Source of the DNA: Thalia democratica
Lineage: Eukaryota
Direction: 5' to 3'
Assembly: GCA_965202585.1 (NCBI GenBank)
Contig: OZ241832.1
Span: 30,194,001-30,258,000 of the forward strand
DNA: 64,000 nt
Below, one piece after another: positions 62,457 to 64,000 of this stretch; within the stretch, counting starts at the first letter, position 1; the number at the start of each line of letters is the position of its first letter. The position numbers were made by a program, and so were the translations under genes. Below the pieces are notes generated by a model. It saw nothing but the letters and a program-made list of their open reading frames with translations, did not search any database and had not been told where the DNA came from.

Positions 62457-64000
62457 GATACGAAGAAATAACTCTCGAAAATTATTAGGACATTTATAGG
62501 AATTTTTGTTGTTCGTCTAATAAACTTTATTAGTAAATAGAAAAACTTTTAACAGTCATTCTTAAAAGTGTCAAGTAAACTTAAATAATATTTCAGTTTA
62601 GATAAATGTACAGATTCGGTATCTGATAAGAATTTAAACAGATTAATTTTATAGAATTAATTTTAACTTATAAGTTTGGTCATAGCATAAAAGAAAGAAA
62701 AATGTTAAACATAATTCTTTTGAAGAAATTGGTTAGTCAATTTCGACAAAAATTATGAATCAATAAATGGTGTTCCTTTATTATGTCAAGATTGACAAAC
62801 AACTTGACACTTTTGTATTTTTTACCCGGAGAACAAAATTAACCAGGATATATTAATTTTAATTGTACTATTCATCATTTTTGTTTATCTAAATTTTGTC
62901 CGATTTTTCAAGTATTTCTATTTCTTTATTTTAATCGTTGGGTATGATAATTTAAATTGCACTGTTCGTTATTTTCGTTAAATAGACAAACGTAATATGA
63001 TTGTTTTAAATTAAATAACTCAATACTGAATACTAAAATAAAATACTCAGTAAATGCAGAAAGATCAAACAATTCAATTACAAAACAACCCGACAACGTT
63101 AGTAACATCAACAGTAAATTGACATTAGTAACAGAAAAATTGATCGATGTAAGTGAAGGAAAACTTAAAAAGAAAAAAGCTTTAAATGTCATAAATTTTT
63201 ATGTTCCTGAAAATTGTAACAGTCCATCAGTTTACACAATTCAATTGCTAAAAAACACCTCAACTTAATTTAAGATAGCTTAGGTTCTAACTAGTTGACT
63301 GAGACTGAACTAAATACTTTATACCGTTTGAGTTAATATATCAGCAATAAAACAAGACAAGTTATTCTGAAACTAAGAAGTCAATCTATTAGAAAAAGAC
63401 TACTGAGTTTAAGAAACCTTAAAACATTCCACCATGGAAGAGGAATTAAAATATACATTTATGTTGACCGTACAAATCAAGAAATGGATAATTTTAGAAG
63501 ATTAAGAGCTGAACTGAAGGAAAAAACAAGCAGAAGCTGAAGTTTGAACATTAGCTACATGATTAAGCAATTAAGAATAGTTGAAAACTTTGGACAGCAC
63601 TTTTGTTTCAACACCCATGATCTGTGAGTCTACTAAGTCAAATTTCTTTAGTTTTAACAAAGAGCTTAAAATATAACAAAGACAAAAAGTTTCATTACAA
63701 TTATACCAAAAATATATTCAGTTTTTTTTTAGTGGTTGTACTTAAGCCTCAAGCACAGTTATTTGTAATAATTTTAACTTTAGTAAAAGTATTGTAACCT
63801 TTTGTATAAAAATTTATAAAATAATTTTGTATAAAAAAATTGTATAAAAATAGGCAAACACATCATTTCGTATATCAACTAAGTTACTTACTACTGTTTA
63901 TAGAAAACCAACTTTTGCCCGCCAATATATTCCTTTTCAGTCGCCTTTATCACAAAAAATGGCTTTATTTCCTGTTTAATTATCAGAGCACACAAGATTT

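Overview
Very AT-rich, repeat-dense eukaryotic (probably invertebrate animal) genomic DNA with no clearly intact ordinary host gene. Bases 1-36,700 are a patchwork of decayed, locally re-duplicated DNA-transposon relics: hAT/Buster, DUF4371-type hAT, Merlin/ISXO2, MULE-like and Ulp1-protease pieces, plus a 123-bp coding-frame tandem repeat at three loci. Two TSD-bounded hAT insertions sit in this patchwork (6539-9591, 14500-17834). The stand-out is a very young 6.2-kb LTR element at 36704-42935 (TG...CA, 4-bp TSD ATGT, no pol gene). Its 5' LTR is interrupted by 2.6 kb of reovirus-like (dsRNA virus) RdRp sequence. This creates one uninterrupted ~1,485-aa ORF: truncated viral polymerase (motifs F and A, no GDD), then a Gag-like region, then a Y-box-type cold-shock domain. 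The intact 3' LTR shows exactly what the viral sequence replaced, and shows that the parental Gag starts inside the LTR. To the right lie MITEs, a BACK-Kelch pseudogene, more hAT relics and a GC-rich, split, CAF1/DEDD-exonuclease-like locus at 61.2-62.5 kb. All family assignments come from motif recognition by eye against remembered family consensus; no database search was run.
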